Source of the DNA: Candidatus Latescibacterota bacterium | Lineage (GTDB): Bacteria > Latescibacterota > UBA2968 > UBA8231 | Length of the DNA stretch: 64,000 bases | Assembly: GCA_965221775.1 (NCBI GenBank) | Contig: CBDCSU010000005.1 | Coordinates: 640,001-704,000, forward strand | Reading direction: 5' to 3' | Shown: piece after piece, positions 26,231-41,070 of the stretch | Numbering within the stretch: the stretch's first letter is position 1 | How the letters are laid out: the number at the start of each line of letters is the position of its first letter | Translations under genes and position numbers: made by a program | Notes under the pieces: model-generated | What the model was told of the DNA's origin: nothing | Database searches by the model: none | What the model saw: only the letters and a program-made list of their open reading frames with translations

Positions 26231-27319
26231 ATGTCCGTGAACCAGCCTGACCCGGGCCGCACCCGCCTGTCGGCGGCAGCCGCCGTGATCTGGCGGTCCG
26301 TGCAGGTGGCGGTGGCCGTCTCCATCGCCGTCGTGCCCTTCGCCTACGCGACCACCGGCGTGCACCGCGAAGTCCTGATCGCGGCGAGTTGCGGTTTCGC
26401 GATAGGCGTCGGCCTCAGTCTGCGCATGGGCGAACGAGGCGGGAGGTCGTCAGGCATCCTGATCGGCTCGGCTGTCGGCATCCTCTCGGCGCTCGCGGCG
26501 GGTTTCACCCCGGGCGGGTCGGGAGCCGTGTTCATCGTCCCCCCGGTGCTGGCGCCCCTTGCCCTCGGCCTGATCGACGGACTCGGTCCGTCGCGCCTCT
26601 CGGGGTATCGGGAGACGAGCATCATGGCGTTGATGGTGAGCGCCCTTCTCGGGTTCGGGTTGCTGCCCAACCTCGGGTTCACTGTGCTCATCCTCCTTCT
26701 CTGGGTGCCGCAGAACGCACTCATCGCGGGGTACTTCAACCGCAATCCGGAAGGCCGGCTCCACTCCCGCCCGCCGCTCTGGCTGCTCCTCGCCTTCCTG
26801 GCTGCCGTTGCCGCGAATGGCGCCATCGGGTTGTGGGAGTCAGGCTGGCTGCAGACTCTCCTCGTCCTTCCCCTGATGATGTTGCTCGCCCCTGCCGCCG
26901 TCTTCCTGGCCGCTCGGGCCTTCGCGATCTGGATGAAGCCGCGCCTCGACGTGTACGTGCAGCTCGTCGAGTATCTCCGCGTCATGTGGATCCCCATCGG
27001 CGGGTTCTCCGCCGGGTACCTGGCGATCATCATCGTCTTCGCGGGGTTCAGCGGCATGCTGGAGCGCTTCCACCCCGGCTCCTTCGCCGGCGCCGCGGAC
27101 GCCGGCATCGGTGACTGGCTGTCGTTCTCGTTCTTCTCGGCCCTGGCCCAGGACTACACCGGCATCACCCCGGCCTCGTTGGCGGCGCGGACCCTCGTGG
27201 GCGCCAGGCTGCTGCTGTCGGTCGGCTGGGCGCTGGTCGTCTTCGCCGCGATCATGTCGGCCATCCAGCCCCAGCTCGAGCGGATCGCTCGGCGCAACAC
27301 ACGGTCGGTCGACGAGTGA
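26231..27319 (+). CDS. Polytopic membrane protein with a C-terminal two-TM ion-channel-like (Ion_trans_2) domain
   Basis: About 10 TM segments; DWLSFSFFSALAQDYTGITPASLAARTL resembles pore helix + filter + P.S..AR of K+-channel domains. Confidence 0.65.
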   Translation: MSVNQPDPGRTRLSAAAAVIWRSVQVAVAVSIAVVPFAYATTGVHREVLIAASCGFAIGVGLSLRMGERGGRSSGILIGSAVGILSALAAGFTPGGSGAVFIVPPVLAPLALGLIDGLGPSRLSGYRETSIMALMVSALLGFGLLPNLGFTVLILLLWVPQNALIAGYFNRNPEGRLHSRPPLWLLLAFLAAVAANGAIGLWESGWLQTLLVLPLMMLLAPAAVFLAARAFAIWMKPRLDVYVQLVEYLRVMWIPIGGFSAGYLAIIIVFAGFSGMLERFHPGSFAGAADAGIGDWLSFSFFSALAQDYTGITPASLAARTLVGARLLLSVGWALVVFAAIMSAIQPQLERIARRNTRSVDE

Positions 27320-27323
27320 CCTG

Positions 27324-28364
27324 ATGCGGACCTGCGTCCTTGCGGCCATGGTCCTGCTCCTGCCCTTGCCGGTCTGCCATGCAGCCGCGAATCCGGCAAG
27401 CGATCCGGACGGAGAGCCGCAGGCCCAGGTGATCCTGGAGGCCGGCGCCATCGACAGCACCACCGTGGTGGTGGGGGCCGCGGCCGTGGTCGTCTATGGC
27501 CTCGGGTACCGCGATCCGGTCTCGGGGAAGTGGCCCCGCCTGGCCGGGTTGGCCGGGGTCGTGAAGGCGGTGGACGAGCATCGGCTGCTGCTGGCGCTCG
27601 AGGAACAACGGTGGCCTCAGCGCATCGATCTGGAGCGCGTTCAGAGGCTGATCCTGCTGGGTCCCGCTGCCGCGGGATCGTCGCAGGGAGGCGGCACTCC
27701 CCCCGGAGGCGCTGTCGACATCAACAAGGTGGCCAGGGGCAAGACCCCTCCTTACCCGCAACGGGAGGACAGCCATGACCGAATCGGACTCAGGAGACTT
27801 GTCGACACCTTGATCATGGGTGATCTGCCCAACCCCCAGGTCGCACCCACGGAGACCACCGAGTTGGACACCGTACACTCACTTGAAGGAGCTGTACTGC
27901 AGGGCGGGTCTCAACTTGAGAGAAACGACCGGATCTCCCGAAAACTCTCCACGAGCGCGCTTCTGTCCACCGGGTTCCTCTACGGAGGGTTCAAGCTCCT
28001 GGTACACTCGTGCGGCGGCGATGGCGACGATCCCGACGATCTGGGCACTGCCTTCTGTGTACTGGAGGGATGGCCTCTGCTTGCGGTCTCGGGCAGCCTC
28101 ATCGCGGTCCCCATGGGCGTGACGGTATGGGATCCCTACGACAACCCCGGCGCCGTATGGCTGGGCAGCCTCACCGGTCTCCTGGGAGGAGCCGCGTTCT
28201 CCCTCGGTCTCAAGACCTTGTTCCCCGTTGTCCTCGGTCCCCCCATCATGGCTACCATGATGTCCGAGTGGTCGCGCAGTCATCCGGGGACACGCGGCCT
28301 CTCCATCGGCCTGGTGCCGAACCGACGCGGGGGGTTGTCAGCCGTGGCGTCGTTGCGTTTCTGA
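27324..28364 (+). CDS. Hypothetical exported/membrane protein
   Basis: Signal peptide, C-terminal hydrophobic hairpins, ends ...AVASLRF. Confidence 0.65.
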   Translation: MRTCVLAAMVLLLPLPVCHAAANPASDPDGEPQAQVILEAGAIDSTTVVVGAAAVVVYGLGYRDPVSGKWPRLAGLAGVVKAVDEHRLLLALEEQRWPQRIDLERVQRLILLGPAAAGSSQGGGTPPGGAVDINKVARGKTPPYPQREDSHDRIGLRRLVDTLIMGDLPNPQVAPTETTELDTVHSLEGAVLQGGSQLERNDRISRKLSTSALLSTGFLYGGFKLLVHSCGGDGDDPDDLGTAFCVLEGWPLLAVSGSLIAVPMGVTVWDPYDNPGAVWLGSLTGLLGGAAFSLGLKTLFPVVLGPPIMATMMSEWSRSHPGTRGLSIGLVPNRRGGLSAVASLRF

Positions 28365-28379
28365 ACAGGAACAGCCATC

Positions 28380-29147
28380 ATGCACCTGTTCCGGTCTCTT
28401 TCCGTGGGGGCGCTTCTCTCCGCCGGATGCGCGGCGCCCCTGACCGAGGTAGCGGCCACCCGTGAGAGCGGGATCGGGCAGGATCTGTTTGAAGAGGGTG
28501 AACAGGTGTGGATCACCTATCAGGGAATAGGGATTGAGAAGACAGGGAGAGGGATCGTTCTCGAATCGGACGAGGATTCGGTCAGGCTCGATCTGGGGCG
28601 ATCGGGTATCCGCGATATCCGCTACCGATCGATACGAACCGTGCGGCGCCCGGCCGGAGACCGCTGGTACGCGGGCGTATCAACCGTCGCCTTTCCGGTG
28701 CTCGTCGGCCGACCGCAGGAATTGCCCTCCATGATTCGCTTGACAGGTGCGGGAGTATCGATCAGGCGCAGGACCCACCAGAATGGAGTGGAGGCGAATC
28801 TCACGATGGGCGGAAGAGGCGAGGGTGGGTATTCCTCGTGGATTGGCCTGGCGGGGAATGCCCACTTCTTCACCATCCTGCCCAGGTCCTACGTTGTCCT
28901 GGGGACGGGGAGGATCTGGCCCCGCCCCATGGAAGCCTTCAATCTCTACCACAACTACCGCTCCGGCGGGTCCTTGACCTATGTCCGCATCGGCTTTGGA
29001 GTAGCGGGCCCGGTCCTGAAGGGGTGGGAGTTGCGCCTGGAGGTCGAATCAAAGGGCATGCAAGCCATCTTGTCGGGGTCGGAGGCCACGGGCCTGGAAC
29101 CCGAACTGTTCGGGGCAACCCTGGGCATGGAATCCGTGCTGCGGTAG
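28380..29147 (+). CDS. Hypothetical lipoprotein, possible C-terminal beta-barrel
   Basis: Lipobox LSAGC; amphipathic beta-strand pattern. Confidence 0.6.
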   Translation: MHLFRSLSVGALLSAGCAAPLTEVAATRESGIGQDLFEEGEQVWITYQGIGIEKTGRGIVLESDEDSVRLDLGRSGIRDIRYRSIRTVRRPAGDRWYAGVSTVAFPVLVGRPQELPSMIRLTGAGVSIRRRTHQNGVEANLTMGGRGEGGYSSWIGLAGNAHFFTILPRSYVVLGTGRIWPRPMEAFNLYHNYRSGGSLTYVRIGFGVAGPVLKGWELRLEVESKGMQAILSGSEATGLEPELFGATLGMESVLR

Positions 29148-29160
29148 GACAAGTTCCCTG

Positions 29161-29997
29161 ATGCGGACCTACCTCGACCAACTCCAGCGGATCCTCGACC
29201 ACGGCGTGGAGAAGCGGGACCGCACCGGCGTGGGCACGCTCTCCCTCTTCGGCATGCAGGCGCGCTACGCCATGGACGACGGCTTTCCCGCGGTCACCAC
29301 CAAGAGGCTGGTGTGGAAGTCGATGCTCTCGGAGCTGCTGTGGTTCGTCTCGGGGTCGGACAACATCAACGACCTGAAGGCGATCTACCCGCACAACAAG
29401 CTCTGGGACGCCAACTACGAGGACTATCTCTCGCGCCTCGGGGTGGAGGAGAACGACGGCGCCATGGGGCGCATCTACGGCGTGCAGTGGCGCCGCTGGC
29501 GGGGGGTGGACCGCACCGTCGATCAGCTCCAGGAGGCCGTCGACCTGCTGCGCACGGACCCCGGCTCGCGGCGGATCATGGTCGATGCCTGGAACGCCGC
29601 CGAGACCGGGCCCGCCGACGTGGCCCTGCCGCCGTGCCACAACTTCTTCCAGCTCTACACCGCCGGCGACCGGCTCTCCCTGCAGATGTACCAGCGCTCC
29701 TGCGACATGTTCCTCGGCGTGCCCCTCAACATCGCCTCGTACTCCCTGCTGCTGCACATGGTGGCGCGGATCACCGGATTCGTGCCCCACGAGTTCATCC
29801 ACACCCTCGGCGACTGCCACATCTACCTGAACCACCTCGACGCCGTGAAAAAGCAGCTCCGCCGCGAGCCCCTGCCGCTGCCGCGCCTTCGCATCCGCGA
29901 CCGCGGCCAGCGCGAGATCGACGACTTCGTCTTCGACGACTTCGAGATGGAAGGCTACCGCAGCCACCCCGCCATCCGCGCCGACATGGCCGTCTGA
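29161..29997 (+). CDS. thyA: Thymidylate synthase
   Basis: DRTGVGTLSLFG, VTTKR, ELLWF, YGVQWR, SRR, ALPPCH, YQRSCDMFLGVPLNIASY, GDCHIYLNH. Confidence 0.97.
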   Translation: MRTYLDQLQRILDHGVEKRDRTGVGTLSLFGMQARYAMDDGFPAVTTKRLVWKSMLSELLWFVSGSDNINDLKAIYPHNKLWDANYEDYLSRLGVEENDGAMGRIYGVQWRRWRGVDRTVDQLQEAVDLLRTDPGSRRIMVDAWNAAETGPADVALPPCHNFFQLYTAGDRLSLQMYQRSCDMFLGVPLNIASYSLLLHMVARITGFVPHEFIHTLGDCHIYLNHLDAVKKQLRREPLPLPRLRIRDRGQREIDDFVFDDFEMEGYRSHPAIRADMAV

Positions 29998-30012
29998 CCG
30001 GCGGCTGTCCCG

Positions 30013-30710
30013 TCAGACGAAGCGTTCGCGGTGCTGCAGGCGCAGGAGGCCGCCGAGGACGGCGAGGACCGACCCGGCGAGCAGGTAGGCGCGGTTGTGG
30101 AAGGTGTTGCCCGAGCGCACCAGACCCTCAACCTCGTCGAGGAGGTCGAAGGGGTTGTAGAACACGCTCCAGCGGCTGCCCTCCAGGGGCTGGGCGGTGA
30201 TCCAGAGAGCCAGGACGAGGAGCACGAGGATGGCCGCGGCGCCGTTGCCGCTGCGGGTGAAGGTGGCCACGAGGAATCCGGCGCTGGAGAGGAAGGCCAC
30301 GGGGAACATGAGGTGGAAGACCATCTCGTGGACGGCGAAGTCGGTGAGCGCGAAGCGGCAGAACAGGGCCAGCCCGGCCAGGACGACGGCCGCCGCCATC
30401 AGCATCACGGCGTGCCGGACCAACCACACTTTGTAGCGGTAGTCGGGAATCCCGAAAACGGTCTCCATCATGCCCGCGTCGGTCTCGCTCTGCAGGGCGT
30501 ACGCCGAGGGATAGATGACCAGCACCACGCCGGGGACGAGGAGGAAGTAGTAGATGAGATCGGGCCCCGGCGGCACCTTCTCCCCGGCCGTGTGGATCAC
30601 GGCGATGACCAGGAAGAGGGCCACGGCCAGCGCCAGGAACCAGGCGAAGCGGCCGGCGAAGACCTGCCGGGCGCTGTAGCGCAGGAAGGCGGGGGCGCTG
30701 CCCAGGGGCT

Positions 30711-30714
<4 letters not shown>
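30013..30714 (-). CDS. ABC-2-type permease-like membrane protein
   Basis: About 6 TM segments, ETDAGMMETVFGIP (E..GT.E-type loop); GTG start overlaps the upstream TGA. Confidence 0.75.
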
Positions 30715-35377
<4,663 letters not shown>

Positions 35378-35381
<4 letters not shown>

Positions 35382-38300
35382 CGGGAGGCGGCCTGGGCCG
35401 GACGCAGCCGGTCGACGCGGGCGAAGAGGTGGTAGACGCAGGGCACCACGGCCAGGGTGAGGGCGGTGCAGCTGAAGAGCCCGCCGATGACGGCCACCGC
35501 CATCGGCGCCCGCAGGACCGCGCCCTCGCCGGCGCCGGCAGCCAGGGGCAGCAGGGCGAGCATGGTGGTCAGGCTGGTCATCAGGATCGGCCGGATGCGC
35601 GTCCGTCCGGCGTTGACGATCGCCTCCTCCAGCTCCTGCCCGGAGCGGCGGTTGCGGTTGATGCGGTCCACGAGCACGATCGAGTCGTTGACGGCGATCC
35701 CGGCCAGCAGGATCACCCCTATGAAGGACATGACGTTGAGGGGCATGCCCAGGGCCAGGAGCAGGGCCACGGCGCCGACACCGGCCAGGGGGATGGTCAG
35801 GAGGATGACGAAGGGATGGAGGAGGGACTCGAACTGGGCGGCCATCACCATGTAGACGAGGACCACCGCCAGGATCAGGGCGAAGCGCAGGTTGCGGAAC
35901 GAGTCCTGCCGCAGCTTCTCCTCGCCGGTGAGGTCGAAGCCGTACTCCGGCGGCGCGCTCACCCCGCCGAGGGCCTCGGTGACGCGTCCGGCGACGCGGT
36001 CGAAGGGCTCGCCCTCGTCGAGGCGGGCGCTCACCGTGACCACCCGCTGCTGGTTGCGGCGCAGGATCTCCCGGGGCGTCAGCGAGGCGCGCAGGCGGGA
36101 GACCTCGTCGAGGCGCACCCGCAGCCCCCCCGGCGCCTCCAGCAGCAGTCCCCCCAGCTCCTCCGGGGTCACCCGCGGCCGGCGGATGACGATGTCGGCG
36201 GCCTCCCCGCGCTGCCGCAGGCGGCCGGCCTCCTGCCCGGAGAGCAGGCTCTGCAGCTGCGAGCCGATGGCGTCGATGCCCAGGTGGAAGGCCGCCGCCG
36301 CCGCCCGGTCGACGACGATCTCGATCTCCGGCCGTCCGGGGGCCAGGCTCGACTCGACGCCGTGGAGCCCCTCGATCCCGGCCAGGTGCTCCTCCACCTC
36401 CTCCGCCAGGCCCGCCAGCACGCCGAGGGACTGGCCGTGGATCTCCACCACCACCGGCGCCTCCGGGCGGCCGAGGCTGGTCTCCAGGGCCGTCTCCCGC
36501 AGCAGGTAGCGGACCTGCGCGTCGGGACCGGCCGGGGCCTCGCCGAGGGCCTCGGCCAGCGCCGCCGCGGTGACCGGGCTGCCCTCGCCCAGCTGCACGT
36601 GGATCACCGCCCGGTTCTCACCGGCCAGGGGCTCGCCCGGACCCGCGGAGCCGGCGGCCCGGCCGACGCGGGAGTAGAGGTGGGCCAGCTCGGGGCCGAG
36701 GCTGGCGGCGATGGAGCTCTCCACGTTGCGCACCGCCCCCTCGGTGCGGTCGAGGCGGGTGCCCTCCGGCAGGGTCAGGTGCAGGGAGAGCTGTCCGGGG
36801 TCGAGGTGGGGCATGAACTCGCTGCCCAGCCGCGACAGCACGGCGCCGGTGCCCGCCACCAGCGCCGCCGCCACGAGCACCACCGGCACCCGCCGGCGCA
36901 GCAGGGCCCCGAGGAGGGCGCCGTAGCGCGGGAAGGGGACCCTTCCGGCCGGCGGCGCTCCTCCCCGCCCCAGGAGCCGCGAGCACAGCATGGGGATGAC
37001 CACGAGGGCGACGAAGAGCGACGACAGCAGCGAGAAGGCCACGGTCCACGCCTGCTCGCGGAACAGCTCACCCGCCGCGCCCTGGAGGTAGACGATGGGC
37101 AGGAAGACGACGATGGTGGTCAGGGTGGCGCTGGTGATGGCGCCGCCCACCTCGCCGGCGCCGAGGACCGCCGCCCGCGCCGGGGACTCGCCGCGCTCCA
37201 TGTGGCGGAAGACGTTCTCCACCACGACGATGGCGTTGTCCACGAGCATGCCGGCGCCGAGGGCGAGACCGCCCAGGGTCATGAGGTTCAGGCTCAGCTC
37301 GCCGAAGTACATCAGGTTGAAGGTGGCCACCACCGAGATCGGGATCGCCAGGCTGATCACCGCCGTCACCCCCAGCCGCCGCAGGAAGACGAAGAGCACG
37401 GCCACCGCCAGCAGCACGCCCACCAGGCCCGTCTCCTCCACCTCGGAGACCGCCGCGGCGATGAACCGCGACTGGTCCTGGATGACCTCGATCTCGTATC
37501 CCGGCAGGCTCCGGCGCAGGACCTCCAGCTGCCCGTGCACGGCGCGGGCGGCGTCGATGGTGTTGTGGCGGGCCTCGCGGTAGATCTCCAGGCCGAGGCA
37601 GCGGCGGCCGTCGAGGCGGACGATGCTCCGCGGCTCGCTCAGGACCTGGCGGACCTCGGCCACGTCGCGCAGGAAGACCGGCTTCGCCCGCGGCTCCGAA
37701 GCCGCGGAGGTTGCCGCCGCGCCGGCCCCCTCCGCCGGCCCCTCCGAGCCCTGCCCCGCCTCCGGTGCCGCCGCCTCCCCGGAGATCTGGGTGACCACCA
37801 GGCCCTCGAGGTCGGCGGCCGACGAGAACTCCCCGACGCCGCGGATCAGGTAGCGGCGCCCCATCTCGACGATCGACCCGCCCGACATGTTGCGGTTGGC
37901 GTTGCGGACCGCCGCCGCCAGCTGCTCGAGGGTGAGTCCGTAGGCCTCTAGGGTGTAGGCGTCGGTGAGGACCTCCACCTCGAGGCGGCGGGCGCCGACG
38001 ACCTCCACGGCGGCGACCCCGGGCAGGCGCACCAGCTCGCTGCGGACGATGCTCTCGGCGGTGCGCCGCAGGGCGTCGAGGTCGTCCACCTCGGGGTGGC
38101 GGAAGGCGGCCACCACCACCGGCCGGCCGTTGGGATCGTGGCGGCTCACCGAGATCTCCTCCACCTCCTCGCGGCGGGCGAACTCGGCCAGGCCCTTCTG
38201 CAGGTCGAGGAAGGCCGCGTCCATGTCGGCGCCCCAGCCGTACTCGACGGTGACCTGGGCGCCGCCGGTGCTCGACACGGAGGCGACGTCCACCACGCCG

Positions 38301-38527
38301 CGGGACAGCGACGCCGCCGCCTCGATGGGGGCGGTGATGCGCGCCTCCACCTCGGACGGCGGCAGGTCCCCGGCCTCGACCTCGACGAAGAGCCGCGGGT
38401 TGGCCAGCTCCGGCAGCAGCTCCACCCCCAGGCGCCGGAAGGAGATGCCGCCCAGGAGCAGGATCCCGAGGACGAGCATGAGCACCGTCGCCGGGCGGGA
38501 GACCGAGAACCGCGCCAGGGACTCCAT
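35378..38527 (-). CDS. RND (AcrB-family) efflux transporter
   Basis: SRPATV, GMLVDNAIVVVEN, MAAQFESLLHP, RIRPILMT, PMAVAVIGG. Confidence 0.93.
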
Positions 38528-39594
38528 CAGTTGGTGGTCTTCACCCGCGAGTGGTCGCGCAGGGTCTCGAAGCCCTCCACCACCAGGCGCTCGCCGTCCA
38601 TCAGGCCGCTGAGCACCTCCACCCGGTGGCGGTTGCCGAGGCCGGTCTCCAGGCTGCGGCGCACGGCGATCCCCTTCTCGACGACGAAGACGACCTTCTC
38701 GTGGCCGCGGTCGACGATCACGTCCCGGGGGATCACCAGGGCCGAGTCCCGCGAGGCCGCCACCAGCTCGATCTTGACGAACATGCCCGGCCGCAGCAGC
38801 CCGTCGCCGTTGTCGATGGCCAGGGCCGCCTTGAAGGTGCGGCTGCCGGCGTCGAGGACCGGCGAGACCTGCGTCACCCGGCCCTGCAGGGTGTCGCCGG
38901 CGGCGCCGTAGTGGGTCACCCGGGCGCGCTGGCCCGGCGCCACGCGGCCCATCTCCTGGCCCGGCAGCGAGGCCTCGGCGTAGAGCTCGGCGTACTCCAT
39001 GACCTGGCCGATGGGGTCCCCGGGGCGCAGCCGCTGGCCGGGGCTGTGGTGCTCCAGGTCGACGAGGACCCCGGCGAAGGGGGCGCGCACCTCGAGCCGG
39101 GCCAGCTGCAGGAGGGCGCTCTCGTGGCCGTAGCGCGCGTCGATCGCCTGGCGCTCGGCGTCGGTCAGCTCGCGCAGGGTGATGCCGCCGTGCTCGAAGA
39201 GACCCTTCTGCTTGTCGTACTCGCGCTGCGCCGAGGCCAGCTGCAGGGCCTTCGACTCGAGGCTCACCTGGTTCTCGAACTCGGCGTTCTCCAGGCGCGC
39301 GATGAGGTCCCCGGCCTGCACCCGGTCGCCCATGGCCCAGGCGGAACCGGTGCGCGGGTTGGTCTGCAGCCGGTAGCGGCCGGACTCCTCGCAGGCCAGC
39401 AGCGCCTCCCGCGCCGCCTCCACGGTGGCGGTGGCGGCTACGTACTCGGCGATCGGCCCGCGCGCCACGGACTGAACCCGCACCGGGATCGCCGACTCCA
39501 CGTCGATGTTCGGCCCCTCCTGGTCGCAGCCGGCGCCGAGCAGACCGGCGGCGGCGGCGAGTCCCGCGAGCCGGCGGATCGGATGTCGCAGCAT
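38527..39594 (-). CDS. RND periplasmic adaptor (membrane fusion protein), lipoprotein
   Basis: Lipobox GAGC, GDRVQAGD, VRAPFAG, SPVLD..SRT, LRPGMF, VEVLSGL..GE. Confidence 0.92.
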   Translation of the reverse strand: MLRHPIRRLAGLAAAAGLLGAGCDQEGPNIDVESAIPVRVQSVARGPIAEYVAATATVEAAREALLACEESGRYRLQTNPRTGSAWAMGDRVQAGDLIARLENAEFENQVSLESKALQLASAQREYDKQKGLFEHGGITLRELTDAERQAIDARYGHESALLQLARLEVRAPFAGVLVDLEHHSPGQRLRPGDPIGQVMEYAELYAEASLPGQEMGRVAPGQRARVTHYGAAGDTLQGRVTQVSPVLDAGSRTFKAALAIDNGDGLLRPGMFVKIELVAASRDSALVIPRDVIVDRGHEKVVFVVEKGIAVRRSLETGLGNRHRVEVLSGLMDGERLVVEGFETLRDHSRVKTTN

Positions 39595-39602
39595 GTCGCC
39601 TC

Positions 39603-41060
39603 CTAGCGTGATTCGAGTCGGGTGACGGGCTCGCCGGCGGCGAAGTCCCACAGGGTGCGCACCTTGAGGTCGAGGAGGGCGAGCTGGTAGTCGATCAGGG
39701 CCCGCACCTCCTTGAGCTGCTCCCGCGACAGCTGGTTCTGGTAGAAGGCGATGTCCTTCGACGGCAGGTCGCCGTTGCGGTAGCGCTCCAGGTTGAGGCG
39801 GTAGGTCTGGCGGGCGCTCTCGACGCTCTTCTCGGCGATCTCGATCTGCGTGGCCTGGTTGTCCAGGGAGCGGCAGGCCTGGCGGATCTCCTTGAGGATG
39901 CGGCGCTCCTCCTCGGCCGCCGACAGCCTGCGGCTCTGCACCCGCTCCCGGGCGGCGGCCTGGCGGTGCTCCCTCTCGCCCCAGTCGAAGATCGGCACCT
40001 CGAGGCTGATCCCGACCTTCTGGTTGCGCGTCGGCGAGTCGTAGATGCCGGCCAGACTCGCGTCGGTGCCGGTGAGGCCGTAGGACAGGTCCAGGGAGCC
40101 CCTGAACTCGTTGCTCTCGCCGGCGCGGACCAGGTCGTCGAGGGCGTTCTGCACCTCGATCTGGCGCTGGCGGATCTCCATGCGGTGGTCCAGCCCGTGG
40201 CGCTCGGCCAGCTTCGGATCGACCTCGACGAGGCGCTTGCGCACGTCGGCCTCCACTTGCAGCTCCATCTCCAGGGGCAGGCCCAGGAGGATCCGGAAGT
40301 CGTCGAGGCCCTCCTCGTAGCCGATGCGGGCGTTCTCGACGGCGGCGCGGCTGTTGGCCCGGTTCAGGCCCGCCTGCAGCAGCTCCTCGCGGGCGGTGAT
40401 GCCGGCCTCCACCTTGGCGGCGACGATCTCCAGGCTCTCCTCGGAGTTGCTCAGCTCCTCCACGGCGATGGCGAGGTTGCGCTGCTGGTAGTAGAGGTCG
40501 AGGAACCGGCGCGTCACCTGGCTCTCGATCTGCAGCTCCTGGGTGGCGAACTGCAGGTGCGAGTTCTCCAGGGCCAGGCGCAGGCGCTTGAGCTCCAGGC
40601 GGGTGCGGTTGTGGGTGAACAGGGGCTGGTTGTAGCGCAGGGACAGGCCGTTGCTGAAGGAGCGCCGCGAGCGCGGGCCGGCGAAGGAGCTGGAGGCGTC
40701 GCGCCAGTCGAAGGCCTGCACCAGGCTCAGGGTGCCGTCGGTGGGCTCGATCGACTGCCGGATGGAGAACACCGCGCCGGCGTGGCTCTGCTCCTGGGTG
40801 TTGTACCCGGAGACCAGCTCGTTGAAGGTGCGGTCGCGGCTGTGCTCGAAGGGCGTCACCGTGAGGCCGAACCGCGACTTGAGGGCCGCCCGCCGCGCCT
40901 CCAGCTCGCGGCGGCTGATCTCGAGGGAGTGGCGCGCCTCGGCCAGGGTCGGACTGCGGTCGCCGGCGATGCGCAGCGCGTCGGCCAGCTGCAGCACCTC
41001 CGCCGGCGCGGGCGCCGCGGCCCAGAGGACCAGCGGCAGCAGGAATCTCACCCCCTTCAT
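39603..41060 (-). CDS. TolC-family outer membrane channel
   Basis: Signal peptide, coiled-coil repeats, YNQPLF, LEVPIFDWG, ERYRNG. Confidence 0.9.
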   Translation of the reverse strand: MKGVRFLLPLVLWAAAPAPAEVLQLADALRIAGDRSPTLAEARHSLEISRRELEARRAALKSRFGLTVTPFEHSRDRTFNELVSGYNTQEQSHAGAVFSIRQSIEPTDGTLSLVQAFDWRDASSSFAGPRSRRSFSNGLSLRYNQPLFTHNRTRLELKRLRLALENSHLQFATQELQIESQVTRRFLDLYYQQRNLAIAVEELSNSEESLEIVAAKVEAGITAREELLQAGLNRANSRAAVENARIGYEEGLDDFRILLGLPLEMELQVEADVRKRLVEVDPKLAERHGLDHRMEIRQRQIEVQNALDDLVRAGESNEFRGSLDLSYGLTGTDASLAGIYDSPTRNQKVGISLEVPIFDWGEREHRQAAARERVQSRRLSAAEEERRILKEIRQACRSLDNQATQIEIAEKSVESARQTYRLNLERYRNGDLPSKDIAFYQNQLSREQLKEVRALIDYQLALLDLKVRTLWDFAAGEPVTRLESR

Positions 41061-41070
41061 CGGCTCTCCT

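Noticed and set aside
23470-29160. Classical tRNA-integrated island or prophage
   Set aside because: No integrase, no phage genes, and I found no duplicated tRNA 3' end downstream.
29994-30016. Terminator between thyA and the convergent permease
   Set aside because: Only a 5 bp stem (CTGAC/GTCAG) and no U tract.
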